NCBI GenBank assembly: GCA_050953245.1
Contig: JBMNMG010000003.1
Coordinates: 111,908 to 175,907, forward strand
Direction: 5' to 3'
Source of the DNA: Bacteroidales bacterium
Lineage (GTDB): Bacteria > Bacteroidota > Bacteroidia > Bacteroidales > BM520
Length of the DNA stretch: 64,000 nucleotides
Position numbers and translations under genes: made by a program. Position 1 is the stretch's first letter; each line of letters begins with the position of its first letter. Shown one piece after another: positions 18,891-31,200 of this stretch. The notes below the pieces were generated by a model. It was not told the origin of the DNA. It saw only the letters and a list, made by a program, of their open reading frames with translations, and did no database searches.

Positions 18891-19817
18891 ATGCAAAAAA
18901 ACGATATAATTAAGGAAATTGAGAAACTTAAAAAAGAAAAAAATGCTATTATTTTAGCACATTATTATACATTACCGGAAATTCAAGATATTTCAGATTA
19001 TTTAGGAGATTCATTAGGCCTATCACGTAAAGCAGGTGAGAGCGATGCTGATATTATTGTATTTTGTGGGGTAAACTTTATGGCAGAAACAGCATCTATA
19101 ATTTCTCCAGACAAAAAAGTACTAATACCTGTAACTAATGCTGGTTGTTCGTTAGCTGAAGGGATAACGGGAGAAGATCTTAAAATCTGGAAAGATAATA
19201 ATCCGGATGGGGTAGTAGTTACATATGTAAATACAACAGCTGATGTTAAAGCTTATTCCGATTATTGTTGTACTTCCTCTAATGCTTTAAAAGTTGTTGA
19301 ATCAATTCCAAGAGATAAAAAGATCCTATTTGCACCTGATGCTAATTTAGGTAGTTATATTAGTGCAGTAACAAATAGATCAATGGAAATTTGGGATGGT
19401 GCTTGTCATGTTCATAACAAGATTGACACACAAATGGTTTTAGATAAAATAAATGAATATCCCGATGCTGATATTTTAATTCATCCTGAAAGTTTATGTT
19501 CTTCGGATGAATTAGTGTTAAATTCACCCAACTGTTATCTTTATTCAACATCAGGCATCTTAAATCATGTAAAAACATCTATAAAGAATACTTTTATAAT
19601 TGCTACTGAAGAGGGATTGATGTATCAACTAAAAAAAGTTGCACCTGATAAAAAAATAATCCAAATATCAGACTCAATAGTTTGTGAGTATATGAAAGAA
19701 ACAAAGTTGGAGGATGTGTTAGCTGCTTTACAAAAAGAACAATATGAGGTTAAAGTAAATAAGGAAATTAGAGATAAAGCCATAATACCTATAAACAGAA
19801 TGTTAAGTATTGGTTAA
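18891..19817 (+). CDS. nadA: Quinolinate synthase
   Basis: AHYY, FCGVNFMAE, GCSLA, YVNT, CCTSSNA, CHVH, HPE and terminal CEYMK with Fe-S cysteines. Confidence 0.95.
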   Translation: MQKNDIIKEIEKLKKEKNAIILAHYYTLPEIQDISDYLGDSLGLSRKAGESDADIIVFCGVNFMAETASIISPDKKVLIPVTNAGCSLAEGITGEDLKIWKDNNPDGVVVTYVNTTADVKAYSDYCCTSSNALKVVESIPRDKKILFAPDANLGSYISAVTNRSMEIWDGACHVHNKIDTQMVLDKINEYPDADILIHPESLCSSDELVLNSPNCYLYSTSGILNHVKTSIKNTFIIATEEGLMYQLKKVAPDKKIIQISDSIVCEYMKETKLEDVLAALQKEQYEVKVNKEIRDKAIIPINRMLSIG

Positions 19818-19835
19818 AGAAAAATAGTTCCTTAT

Positions 19836-20429
19836 TTATTGTTGTTTTACATCATCACTTTCAAAGAAAATAAATTTCTTATCAATATTATTGATAACTT
19901 CAATGTTGTTTTTAGTTAATGGTTTTGCATTATTAATAGAAATATAAATATTATGTTTAATTAATTGTTTTGCAGTTATAACGTTCCCCATATAACCATG
20001 TAAGATCCAAAGATTATTAGCCTTAAATTCCTTTTTAAGCTCAATAATTTCATTATTAGTTTTTACCGAGTGGATAATCAATGGTTTATCATATTTTATG
20101 CTCAATTTTATTTGTTTTACAAATATAATTTTTTGATATTCTAAACTAATGTCAATAAGCTTATCTAAGCCACACTCGCCAATTCCAAAAATCTTCTCGT
20201 TTTTGATTACACTTTCTATAATACTAAGTGCTTGATTAATTTCAGTCTCAGTAACATTATTAGATAAATCCCAAGGATGAATTCCTAAACTTAAAAATTT
20301 ATTTTTTTTATTTGAAGAATCATCTAATTCGCACTCAAGATTATCTAAGATTTGGTTTAATCGCAAACTTTTCACATACGTTTTATCAGTGTAATCATGA
20401 TGAGTATGAATATCTTGAATGTAAAGCAT
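19836..20429 (-). CDS. TatD family hydrolase (short form)
   Basis: DIHTHH, GIHPW, IGECGLD, IIHSVK, HG and terminal ESD motifs. Confidence 0.8.
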   Translation of the reverse strand: MLYIQDIHTHHDYTDKTYVKSLRLNQILDNLECELDDSSNKKNKFLSLGIHPWDLSNNVTETEINQALSIIESVIKNEKIFGIGECGLDKLIDISLEYQKIIFVKQIKLSIKYDKPLIIHSVKTNNEIIELKKEFKANNLWILHGYMGNVITAKQLIKHNIYISINNAKPLTKNNIEVINNIDKKFIFFESDDVKQQ

Positions 20430-20468
20430 AACTATAAAAATATTTAGTTATACAACAAAGTTATACAA

Positions 20469-20503
20469 AAAAAGACTTTCTGTAAAAACAAGAAAGTCTT
20501 TTT
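20469..20503 (-). terminator. Terminator of the V-ATPase operon
   Basis: Perfect 13-bp stem AAAAAGACTTTCT/AGAAAGTCTTTTT with a 9-nt loop, just downstream of subunit K. Confidence 0.8.
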
Positions 20504-20525
20504 ATATTAAATTAATAAAATGTTT

Positions 20526-20987
<462 letters not shown>

Positions 20988-21000
20988 TTAATTAATAATT

Positions 21001-22845
21001 TTATTTTTTGATTTCAGTTTCCATTAATTTATTTCTATCTCCAAAAGGTTGGTATTTTTTACCACCTCCTGTAAAGCCTGCATTTTTATAAAACTCTACG
21101 AATGTTAAACGCATAGGGTGAACAAATGCACTTAAACCAGACATAAATATATTCATACCATGTCCGATAATTAAGATTACTAACATAACTATTTGCCTTA
21201 ATACAGGTATATTGGGGCTTAAACTTAATGCTAAATCATTAAAAACAAAGCCCATCACAGACCCGGATATTCCTAAGGCAAACAATCTAATATATGAAAG
21301 AACATCTCCTAATAAACCAGTAGCCATATTATAGCTATCCCATAAACCGGCACCGATATTAACAAATACATTTCGTTTTAAGTTGTTTAATATAAAAATA
21401 AACACAAATGCAACGCAACAAACAACAATATATGATATTTTGCTAATATCTGAAGTGAGAATTTCTTTTTGGTTTAAAATATAAGTTATTCCACAACCTA
21501 AAATTAAAGTTAACCAACCTATTGTGGATAGAGCTTCACCAGGTTCTTGTGTTTTAAATTTATTAAATACCTTAATAAACATACCAAAAATAATTTGCAC
21601 GCACCCGATTATCAACGATGTAGTAAATAATTGATCTGAGTCTAGCATAATCACTTTCAGCTTTTCTACCCAAGGGATTTTAACTTTTAATAGCTCAATT
21701 CCAAAGAAAGTCCCACTAATAGTACCAAAAATCATGGTGGCAACACCTAAAACCATAACTAAATTCATAGTTTTTTTTAGTTTTGGTTTTTTTCGTTTTA
21801 AAAGCCATCCTATTATTAATAGAAATATTCCATATCCCGCATCACCAAGACATAATCCAAAGAACATCATATAAAATGGTGCAAAAAACGGAGTTAAGTC
21901 TATTTCACCGTATGTAGGAAGATCATATAAGTCACCAATAGGTTCAAATAAACTGGCTAATTTGTTGTTTTTTAATAAAATAGGGACATGATCTTCTTTA
22001 TTAGCTTCACGACTTGTATAAAGTACTTGATTTTGATTAAGCATAGATATCAAGTCGTCTTCTTTAATTTTTGGTACCCATCCTTCTAATAGCTTAACCT
22101 TTTGATCGGCAATATCTTGTGTGTCAACCCTAACTTTATTAAAATCAAAATTAGTTTGCACCTCATATAATTCATATTCTAGTGTATTGAAGTTTTCTTT
22201 TACTAACGTGATTTTTTCTTCTTCTAATAACCTTAATTTCTCTACTATTTTTGCCTTTAAATTCTCATAATGATTTAAGTTATGAGCCGGAAGTTTTACT
22301 AAATCAGCATTAATTTCTAATTTTTCTTCAGGTGTTAATGTAATAAAGTAAATTAACGAACCAACTTCAGATACTATAATTGCATTATAATCGTCGTGCC
22401 ACTTTTCATCGAAATTTCGTCTTTGAACACTATAGTAATTAATATGAAAACCAAAATCTGAGAGTTTATTTAATTTTTCAGCATCAAAATCTCCCCATGC
22501 ATTTAATGCATTAATTTCTTTTTGAATACTTAATAATTCTTGATTTAACTCATCTTCTTTAGATTTTAAGTTTTCGTATAATTCTATGACTTTAGTGTTA
22601 TTAGATTTGTTGATAGTATTAGAAAATTCTTTAATTTCATTTTCTTTTGCAATACGATCAAATTCTCTTTTTATACTATTATATTTTTTTATTAATGAAA
22701 AATTGCGTTCTAAATCTTCATCTTCTAGTTTTATACTTTCTTTCTCAACAACTTGCACTACGCCAATCTCATACAATTTTTGTATAAAGGCTTCGTAATC
22801 TTTATGATACAAAAGAAATGTATATTTTTTCATAGGTTGTATCAT
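21001..22845 (-). CDS. ntpI: V-type ATP synthase subunit I
   Basis: GDAGYG, DVLSYIRLFALG, VHPMRLTFVEF. Confidence 0.95.
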   Translation of the reverse strand: MIQPMKKYTFLLYHKDYEAFIQKLYEIGVVQVVEKESIKLEDEDLERNFSLIKKYNSIKREFDRIAKENEIKEFSNTINKSNNTKVIELYENLKSKEDELNQELLSIQKEINALNAWGDFDAEKLNKLSDFGFHINYYSVQRRNFDEKWHDDYNAIIVSEVGSLIYFITLTPEEKLEINADLVKLPAHNLNHYENLKAKIVEKLRLLEEEKITLVKENFNTLEYELYEVQTNFDFNKVRVDTQDIADQKVKLLEGWVPKIKEDDLISMLNQNQVLYTSREANKEDHVPILLKNNKLASLFEPIGDLYDLPTYGEIDLTPFFAPFYMMFFGLCLGDAGYGIFLLIIGWLLKRKKPKLKKTMNLVMVLGVATMIFGTISGTFFGIELLKVKIPWVEKLKVIMLDSDQLFTTSLIIGCVQIIFGMFIKVFNKFKTQEPGEALSTIGWLTLILGCGITYILNQKEILTSDISKISYIVVCCVAFVFIFILNNLKRNVFVNIGAGLWDSYNMATGLLGDVLSYIRLFALGISGSVMGFVFNDLALSLSPNIPVLRQIVMLVILIIGHGMNIFMSGLSAFVHPMRLTFVEFYKNAGFTGGGKKYQPFGDRNKLMETEIKK

Positions 22846-23453
22846 TTTTGATTCTCCTTTCTTTTTAAGCTTTCTTGTCTATTTTTAACTATTTTTTGAG
22901 AAGATTTTGCTAAGTTTTCTTCGTCTTCTAAAAATCTTTTAATTTTTAATATAGCTTCTTCGAAACCCGGTATTTGTACTTTCTCGTATAAGTTTACTTT
23001 TTGTGTAGTTTTTTTACGAGCCGTATCTAACATATCCATTTTTTTTATTGCAACTTCACGTTCTATTGCAATAGTGGCAATGTCTTGTAATATACTAATA
23101 CCATCTAAATACCATGCTGGTTTTGAAAATAGTACAAATTCGTTTATTTTGAATTTAATTCCTTCTAAAACAGGAGTTTTAACACCAGCTATTTTTTTTA
23201 CTGATAAATCTACATCTTCAATAGATAGTAAAGATTGATCGAACTCTACCCATAAGCCTGCAATTTTAGAATATGATTCAATTTTTCTTTGATATTCTTT
23301 TTCTAATTCATTTGTCCTGTTCTTGGCTTTTTTTACTTCAGTTCTTAAAGCAGACTCCTTGCTTTTAATAGTAGGTAAAGCACGCTCTCTTACCTTAAGC
23401 TGCTTATCGAGCTCCTGCATCGAAGTTTTATTGTATTGAAACTTAATAGCCAT
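22842..23453 (-). CDS. ntpD: V-type ATP synthase subunit D
   Basis: KTTQKVNLYEKVQIP motif and operon position. Confidence 0.93.
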   Translation of the reverse strand: MAIKFQYNKTSMQELDKQLKVRERALPTIKSKESALRTEVKKAKNRTNELEKEYQRKIESYSKIAGLWVEFDQSLLSIEDVDLSVKKIAGVKTPVLEGIKFKINEFVLFSKPAWYLDGISILQDIATIAIEREVAIKKMDMLDTARKKTTQKVNLYEKVQIPGFEEAILKIKRFLEDEENLAKSSQKIVKNRQESLKRKENQK

Positions 23454-23469
23454 AGTAATAATTTAGTTT

Positions 23470-24789
23470 TTATTCTTTCCAGTATTTCTCAACTAAATCT
23501 TGTTTAATACTAACTTCTGCTTTGGAAAAGTATTTAGAAAATAATATCCAAGCAGTGTCAAGCATTTCATTGGTATCTATATTAACGTCAATTGCTAATA
23601 ATTTTTCTGAATACTCTAATGCAAATTTAATTGCTCTTTCATCGTAATCTGTCAAATCGAACCCGTTCTCCAATTTAGTTTTTGCATTTGCAGCATCAGC
23701 ATATAATCTAACCGCAGTATTCATTACTTGTGGGTGATCTTCCCTAGTTTGTTTTCCAATTACTAATTGTTTTAATCGTGATAAGCTACGGAAAGGGTCT
23801 ACAATTACTTTACTAATATCAGTATCTTGACGTAAGAATAGTTGACCTTCTGTAATATATCCGGTGTTATCCGGAATAGCGTGAGTAATATCGCCACCAC
23901 TTAATGTAGTTACAGCAATAATAGTTATAGATCCTCCATTAGGGAATTGAACAGCTTTTTCATAAATTTTTGCTAAATCCGAATATAATGACCCAGGCAT
24001 ACTATCTTTAGAAGGGATTTGATCCATCCTGTTCGAAACAATACTTAATGCGTCGGCATATAAAGTCATGTCAGTTAATAACACTAAAACCTTTTCCTTT
24101 TTATCGTATGCAAAATATTCAGCAGCAGTTAATGCCATATCAGGAATTAACAATCTTTCGATAGATGGGTTTTCTGTTGTATTAACAAAACTTACAATTC
24201 TGTTTAAAGCACCTGCATTATCAAATGTGTTTTTATAATATAGATAATCGTCATGAGTTAGTCCCATTCCACCTAAAATAATTTTGTCAGCTTTTGCACG
24301 TAGTGCAACAGTAGCCATAACTTCATTATAAGGTTGATTTGGATCAGCAAAGAAAGGTATCTTTTGACCAGTTACTATAGTGTTGTTTAAATCTATTCCG
24401 GCAATTCCTGTAGCAATAAGCTCAGACGGTTGTTTACGTTTAACAGGGTTAACTGAAGGACCACCAATCTCTCTTTCTTCACCAAATACTTTAGGCCCAT
24501 TATCTATTGGATCTCCATAAGCATTAAAAAATCTACCTGCTAACTCATCACTTACATGTAGTGTAGGAGGTTTTTTTAAGAAAATAACTTCTGCATTTGT
24601 TGGAATACCTTCTGTACCTTCAAAAACTTGTAAAGTTACGTTATCACCATCAAGTTTTACAACTTGAGCTTTTCGACCATTTATTATTGCCATTTCGTCA
24701 TTACTAACATCTGTAGCTTTTAAGGTGCAAGTAGCTTTTGTAATTTGAGTAATTTTAGTATATACTTTCTGAAATGCTTTATTTGTCAT
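23470..24789 (-). CDS. ntpB: V-type ATP synthase subunit B
   Basis: ATGIAGIDLNNTIVTGQKIPFF, PGSLYSDLAKIYE, PDNTGYITEGQ. ATG at 24789 chosen over TTG at 24798. Confidence 0.95.
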   Translation of the reverse strand: MTNKAFQKVYTKITQITKATCTLKATDVSNDEMAIINGRKAQVVKLDGDNVTLQVFEGTEGIPTNAEVIFLKKPPTLHVSDELAGRFFNAYGDPIDNGPKVFGEEREIGGPSVNPVKRKQPSELIATGIAGIDLNNTIVTGQKIPFFADPNQPYNEVMATVALRAKADKIILGGMGLTHDDYLYYKNTFDNAGALNRIVSFVNTTENPSIERLLIPDMALTAAEYFAYDKKEKVLVLLTDMTLYADALSIVSNRMDQIPSKDSMPGSLYSDLAKIYEKAVQFPNGGSITIIAVTTLSGGDITHAIPDNTGYITEGQLFLRQDTDISKVIVDPFRSLSRLKQLVIGKQTREDHPQVMNTAVRLYADAANAKTKLENGFDLTDYDERAIKFALEYSEKLLAIDVNIDTNEMLDTAWILFSKYFSKAEVSIKQDLVEKYWKE

Positions 24790-26557
24790 TTTCAACACTC
24801 CTTTCTGCTATTATATTATTAACTTCTGTTAAATATTTGTAGAAATCAGATGATTCGTATTCAGAATAATTCATTTGTTTTAATTCGTTTATTAATCGTT
24901 TGTAATATAAGTTTATTTCTTCAAAACCCTCAAACTTTAATTCTTTTTGACAGATGCTTAATATTAATTCGACCATAAATTTCTGACGTTCCATTGGAGT
25001 TAAAGCATCTATATCATCGAATGCATCTTGTTGAAGAATAACAAAGTCTATTAATTCAGCATTCCAAAATCTAACATGATAGTCTAATGGGACACTGTCA
25101 TCCCCTAAAATATTAATTTGTTCTTTGGCTTCTTTACCTCTTAAAATAATATTTTTTAGATTTAATATGTTTTCAACCCAATTTTCAGAGACTTTTTCTT
25201 TTAAATATTTTTGTACTTGTTCATATTCAATATATTTAGAATACGATTCTATAGGATCTACTGCCGGATAACGCTTTCCATCAGCACGATCTTGTGATAA
25301 TGCATAAAAACATCTGGCAGCCTTTTTTGTACCTTCTGTCACAGGCTCTTTTAAATTACCTCCTGCAGGTGATACTGTACCAATAAAAGTTATAGATCCT
25401 GATTTTCCATTATTTAAATAAACAAAACCGGCTCTTGCATAGAATGAAGCAATAATTGCAGATAAATCTATAGGGAAAGCATCTTGACCCGGTAATTCTT
25501 CCATTCTGTTGGACATTTCCCTTAATGCTTGTGCCCATCGTGAAGTTGAGTCTGCTAATAATAATACTTTTAATCCCATATTTCTGTAGTACTCTGCTAT
25601 TGTCATTCCTGTATAAACAGATGCTTCACGAGCTGCAACAGGCATGTTTGAAGTATTACAAACAATAGTTGTACGTTCATTTAACTTCCTTCCTGTATGA
25701 GGATCTATCAATGCGGGGAACTCTGTAAAAATTTCAACTACTTCGTTAGCACGTTCACCGCAAGCAGTTACAATAATAATGTCAGCCTCTGCTTGCTTTG
25801 CTATTGCGTGTTGTAAAACAGTTTTACCACATCCGAAAGGCCCAGGAATAAAACCGGTACCACCTTCTGTAATTGGATTTAGTGTATCTATAGTTCTTAC
25901 ACCTGTTTCTATTATTTTAGATGGCATTGGCTTTTCAACATATGCCCTAATAGGAACTTTAATAGGCCATTTTTGAACCATAGTAACATTAAATTCTTTA
26001 TTGTTTTTATCAATTAATACAGCAATAGTATCGTTTATTTTATATTCACCGGCTTCTACTATACTTTTAACGGTATATTCACCTTCAAATGAAAAAGGAA
26101 CCATTATTTTATGATCTATATAATTTTCTTTTACATTTGCAAGCCAATCACCGGCTATTACTTTATCATTAACTTTGCTAATAGGGGTTAGTTTCCATAA
26201 AACATCATCATCTAAAGGGTTTGTATATTGACCTCTTTGCAAGAATGTTTCATCCATTTTGTCTAAATCGTTTTGTAGACCGTCGTAATTTTTTGACAAT
26301 ATGCCAGGACCTAACGAAACCTCAAGCATATGTTGCATAAATTCAACATCTGCACCAATTTTTAATCCTCTAGTACTTTCAAATACTTGTATTGAAGCAA
26401 AATCTCCGTTAATTTTAATAACTTCGGCAAGTAATTTTGTATCGTCTAGATTTACATAACAAATTTCATTCTGTGCTACAGGTCCATCAACCTTAACTGT
26501 AACTAAGTTTGAAATAATACCTATAACTTTTCCTCTTGTTTTATTATTTTGATACAT
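24779..26557 (-). CDS. ntpA: V-type ATP synthase subunit A
   Basis: Walker A GPFGCGKT, CGERANE, ADSTSRWAQALRE. Confidence 0.97.
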   Translation of the reverse strand: MYQNNKTRGKVIGIISNLVTVKVDGPVAQNEICYVNLDDTKLLAEVIKINGDFASIQVFESTRGLKIGADVEFMQHMLEVSLGPGILSKNYDGLQNDLDKMDETFLQRGQYTNPLDDDVLWKLTPISKVNDKVIAGDWLANVKENYIDHKIMVPFSFEGEYTVKSIVEAGEYKINDTIAVLIDKNNKEFNVTMVQKWPIKVPIRAYVEKPMPSKIIETGVRTIDTLNPITEGGTGFIPGPFGCGKTVLQHAIAKQAEADIIIVTACGERANEVVEIFTEFPALIDPHTGRKLNERTTIVCNTSNMPVAAREASVYTGMTIAEYYRNMGLKVLLLADSTSRWAQALREMSNRMEELPGQDAFPIDLSAIIASFYARAGFVYLNNGKSGSITFIGTVSPAGGNLKEPVTEGTKKAARCFYALSQDRADGKRYPAVDPIESYSKYIEYEQVQKYLKEKVSENWVENILNLKNIILRGKEAKEQINILGDDSVPLDYHVRFWNAELIDFVILQQDAFDDIDALTPMERQKFMVELILSICQKELKFEGFEEINLYYKRLINELKQMNYSEYESSDFYKYLTEVNNIIAERSVENDK

Positions 26558-26575
26558 ATTGTTATTTTTATCTTA

Positions 26576-27397
26576 TTACTCTATATTATATCCAGATTTA
26601 ATTTCATCTAAAATTTTAACAAATAACTCTTTACCTATTTTATTATCAGCAATTATCCATCTTTCAACTATTCTCAGTTTTAATAAAATACTGATTACTT
26701 TTTCTAATGAAAAATATTCAAAAATAGTATGTTCATCTAACCATTGCCATCTAAAACGATCTAACAGTTGCTCACGTCTTAATAAATCTTCCTCTTCATA
26801 AATTTTAATTATTTCCTCAACAAACGGATATTCTAAAGCAATTCCAAAATCTTTAGAATTGCTCTTAGCAATAGTTTCTGTTAAATCATTAATAATTACT
26901 AAATTATCTTTTACTTCTAAATTATAACGGCGAGCTGTTATAGCAGTAGTAATCGATTGAACTATAAAATTAAACTCAAACCAATTTTTCAAGAATTTAT
27001 TAGGAACATTTCTTAAATATTTGTAGTATTTCTCTAATAATATTTTTTCCCAATATGCAACTGAACGTTTATCTTCTGAATCTATGTATTCATTAATAAA
27101 GTCTAATAAGTATTGTTTGATGTTAAAATCCGTTTCGGGTTCCTTTATAATATCTTGTAATTCTTGTTTAGAGTAAACAGCAAGTTCATTATAATTATCT
27201 TGATTGTTTTTAACTAATAAATTGATGATATTTTGATTGTCGTATTCTAAATATAAATTTTGTATGATTTCGAAATCAGCAGGGTGTAATGTCTCTTCTA
27301 AAGCATTTTTTAACTCTAAAGGTTTAAAAATACTTTTAGATTGCTCAAAGAATATCTCTGGCAGTCCTGCTATAAAGCAATAATAGTTTCTACTCAT
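26576..27397 (-). CDS. DUF2764 family protein (V-ATPase subunit C-like position)
   Basis: N-terminal YYCFIAGLPEI motif; lies between subunits E and A. Confidence 0.8.
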   Translation of the reverse strand: MSRNYYCFIAGLPEIFFEQSKSIFKPLELKNALEETLHPADFEIIQNLYLEYDNQNIINLLVKNNQDNYNELAVYSKQELQDIIKEPETDFNIKQYLLDFINEYIDSEDKRSVAYWEKILLEKYYKYLRNVPNKFLKNWFEFNFIVQSITTAITARRYNLEVKDNLVIINDLTETIAKSNSKDFGIALEYPFVEEIIKIYEEEDLLRREQLLDRFRWQWLDEHTIFEYFSLEKVISILLKLRIVERWIIADNKIGKELFVKILDEIKSGYNIE

Positions 27398-27409
27398 TAT
27401 TAATCCTTT

Positions 27410-28021
27410 TTACTTTTCTTTTTTAAAGAGTAACTCAAAAGTTCTTGGACGTATATAATCTTTTATAAAAGAAGTAAAACTTTCTTCAGTGAAATCAATT
27501 TTATATCCATCAGTATTAGAATTAAATACAAAACCATTATCTAAATCATCAGAGGGGTAAAATTTAATGTTTTCTTGAGCTAAATCAGAAAAAGATTTTT
27601 TAATATAATTGTCAAGTTGCTCGTTGTTTGGATATAAAATGTCTAAATCTATATTTGGAGAGTTTAAGTCCCATTTTGATAAAATTGTATTAATCATATC
27701 TTTAATAAAATCTTTATCTTTAAAGGCTTCATTTACAGGGACGTCTACTAATTTAGATAGAAGCTCTTCAGATAAAGTTTGTTTAATTGCAGCAATGGAT
27801 TGATTTGTAGTGATTTCCAACTCCGCAGTTATTTTGTTTTTATATTCAATAGCTTCATTTTCTGCTTTAGAAATTATTTTGTTAGCCTGTTTTTGAGCAT
27901 TTTCTATAATTTCATTAGCTTTATTATTTGCATTTGAAATTATTTTATTTGCTTCTTCATTTGCTTTATCTACACCTTCTTGGTATATTTTTTCGGTTAA
28001 TTTTTTTAGTGTATCTTCCAT
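27410..28021 (-). CDS. ntpE: V-type ATP synthase subunit E
   Basis: LTEKIYQEGVDKAN coiled coil; first gene of the operon. Confidence 0.88.
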   Translation of the reverse strand: MEDTLKKLTEKIYQEGVDKANEEANKIISNANNKANEIIENAQKQANKIISKAENEAIEYKNKITAELEITTNQSIAAIKQTLSEELLSKLVDVPVNEAFKDKDFIKDMINTILSKWDLNSPNIDLDILYPNNEQLDNYIKKSFSDLAQENIKFYPSDDLDNGFVFNSNTDGYKIDFTEESFTSFIKDYIRPRTFELLFKKEK

Positions 28022-28101
28022 AGAAAGATTTTTTATTATTAAACGTTTATAGATTTATATAATTATTTAATTTTTCTTCAAATATTAAAATTATATTCCT
28101 G

Positions 28102-28109
28102 CAAATATA
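28102..28109 (-). promoter_or_regulatory. -7 promoter element for the V-ATPase operon
   Basis: TATATTTG on the minus strand ~80 nt upstream of subunit E. Confidence 0.55.
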
Positions 28110-28280
28110 ATAAAATACTTTTAAAAATTATTATTTTAATAGATATTTTTTTACTGATTTAAATTGAAGTTTTATAATCAATTATATATTTTATAGTTAG
28201 GTGCTGATTAAACAATAAATAAAATTCTATTAAAACTTAACGGATTATTTTTTCTAAAAAATTAATAATCGTGAAGTTTT

Positions 28281-31200
28281 CTATAAATATATAATCTTCC
28301 CTTCAACATTATGAAACCCAACTTGTTTTAAGATATCACAATATTTATTAATTTGTTTTTGGTATTCCTTATGTTGTCTAGCATTTTCTTTCCCGGTTTT
28401 AAAATCTATCACTAAAGTTTTACCATCTTTAACAAGAATTCTATCAGCTCTATATAAATTGCCATCTGCGTCACTCATATCTTTTTCTATATAAAGTTTA
28501 TTATATTCAAAAAGTGTAGTGCATAAAATCTCATCATTCAATATACTATATAAGGTGTCTTTTATTATTTGATTATTTTCAACTATGCGATATGGCTCTT
28601 CCTCAAGATTGTCAATGTAATATTGTAAATCATCTTTAGTTTTAATTTTAGATAAAATATTGTGTAACTGATTTCCGTAGATAGTTTCATCAGTAGGGGG
28701 AGTGTGTTTTTTGTTTTTAGAAATATCGCCAAAATATTTTTCATAATTCTCTCCCAAAAAATGCTTAATATCATTAATTAACATTAAATGTTCTATTGAT
28801 ATTGCAACAAGTAATTTGTTATTCCAATTATTTGCGTAATTTTTTAGAATGTTGTTTTTATTGTTTTTATTTATAGAGATGCTATCATTTTTATCTAAAT
28901 TCTTTTCCAAGAAATTGTCTGGACCTTTAGAGTTTTTAAGATTATCGGAAGCTAATAAAGTATTTTTCCCTATTTCGAACTCACAGAATAAATCGTCTAT
29001 ATCTTTTTCTGATTCGTCAAGGTTAGTGGCATTGTTCAGTTTATTTATTTCTTTAATTTCGATAGATTCCGTATTAACTCCATATTTGCAAAACGTAAAT
29101 AAATTATCATTTAATGAAAATTTCATATCGCCAAATTGAATACTATTTTCTTGGTGCTTACTGATATATTTAATTTTATTATCAGAAAGTTCTTTTCCTA
29201 AAATAAATAGGGCATTAGTTGCTCTTGTACAAGCAACATAAAATAAATTAATATTATCTAATTTATCTTTTTCTATTTCGTCATTATAATCATCTTTAAA
29301 TATAGTATCCTGCAAATCATCTTTCTTATTTATTAATACATATGGAAGTTTTTCTTTTATGTCTAAGACTTTATTTTCTAAAAACAATTTCCCTTTTTTC
29401 CCTTTTGTTGAATCTATATTATCGGTAAATGGAAATATTACAATGGGAAATTCTAACCCTTTAGCCTTATGTATAGTCATAATTTGCAATGCGTTTTCAG
29501 ATTTACTTAAAGTAATACTGGAGTTTTTTAATTCGTCGTCTAAGAGACTAATTAAATCAGTTAAGGATAAATTGTTGTTTTTTTGGATAACGTTTAATAA
29601 AGAATTAACATAAATATCCATATCCATATCAAAATTTTTTAATGCATTATTACAAATTTCTAATGGAGATAATTTGTTTAAGTTATTAATATCAAAATTA
29701 AGATCGTTTTCTTTTAAAAATTTAATAAGAATATTTTTATGTGAATCAATCTTATTATTGTGTGAATCATTTTTATTATTATGTGAATCATTTTTTGGTA
29801 TATTCTTATATATAAAATTATTAAAAGAGATATTTTTATTGTTACCTATAAAAGATATTACGTTATATATATCCTTTTTATCCGACAAATTGCCAATTAT
29901 TTTAAAAAACGATACTAAGGTAGTAATTTGCTCTGAAGATTTTAATAATAAGGAATCTGCGGAAATTATTTTAATGTTATTATTCTGTTCGATAATGTAA
30001 TTTGCGATATCACGTCCATTTTTTGCAGTTCTTACAATAATTGTAATATCAGAGTATTTGTATCCTTTATTCTCGACTAAATCAACAATTGTGTTATATA
30101 CAGTTCTACAAGTAGAAGTGTTATAATCATCTTTCTTAAGAAATTTGATATTTACATATCCTTTAGGTTTATTATTTGGTATATTTTGATAAACTAAGTT
30201 TTTAGAATATACTTTTTCTTTATAGTCATCGCATAAACTATTCCCCAAAAATGTGAAAAGTTGATTATTAAATTCAATAATATTATAACAAGACCTATAA
30301 TTTGTAGAATTTTCATCTAAATTAGATGGAAATTCTTTTTGTAAATCAATAAATTGTTTTACATCTCCGTCGCGCCATCTATAAATAGCTTGTTTAGCAT
30401 CTCCAACTATTAGGTTTTCCTGACCTTGAGCTCTAGAATTATCTACTAAAGGTGATAAGTTCCCCCACTGAAGTTTAGATGTATCCTGAAATTCATCAAT
30501 CATAATATTTTCAAATCTATTTCCAATCCTTTCATATATAAAAGGTGCGTGTGATTTGGAAACTACTTCACTTATCTTTCTGTTAAATTCTCCAACAGGC
30601 AATATGTTTTCATTTTCCTTAATAATTTCAATTTCCTCATCTATTTGTTTTAATAAAGTTAGGGGATATAGGTTAGAATAAATCATATTATATTCCATTA
30701 ACTCCGATTTAATTCTAAAAATATTGTTAACTAATTCGTATAATTCTTTAGAAAAGCTTTCTACATCAATTATTTCCGAAGATGGCTTATTAAGCCATCC
30801 ACTATATTTCTCCTCATCATCATTAGAATAATTATTGTAATCTAATAGACTTTCAGTTCTTTTGCTATGCTCTAATTTATTAATATCATAATTGTTTTTT
30901 TTGAATTTTTCTAACTTACCTAAAATACCGGACCCTTTACCTTTGAAGTCGTCAACTTCCAATCCTTTATTTTTAATAATTTTAATTGCTTTATTTGTTT
31001 GTTTTTTAATTGCATTTTCTAATTCAAGAATTTTATTCTTAATAAATGTTATAGCTTCTTGGAGATCTGTATTTAAATTGTTTTGAATATAGCCTTTTCT
31101 TAAATTTTCTGAAATACTATCATTTCCCAATAAATAACCGATATCTAATAAAGAGGTTTTAATACTATTAAAGTTTTTTTCATTATCATTAATAAAATAG

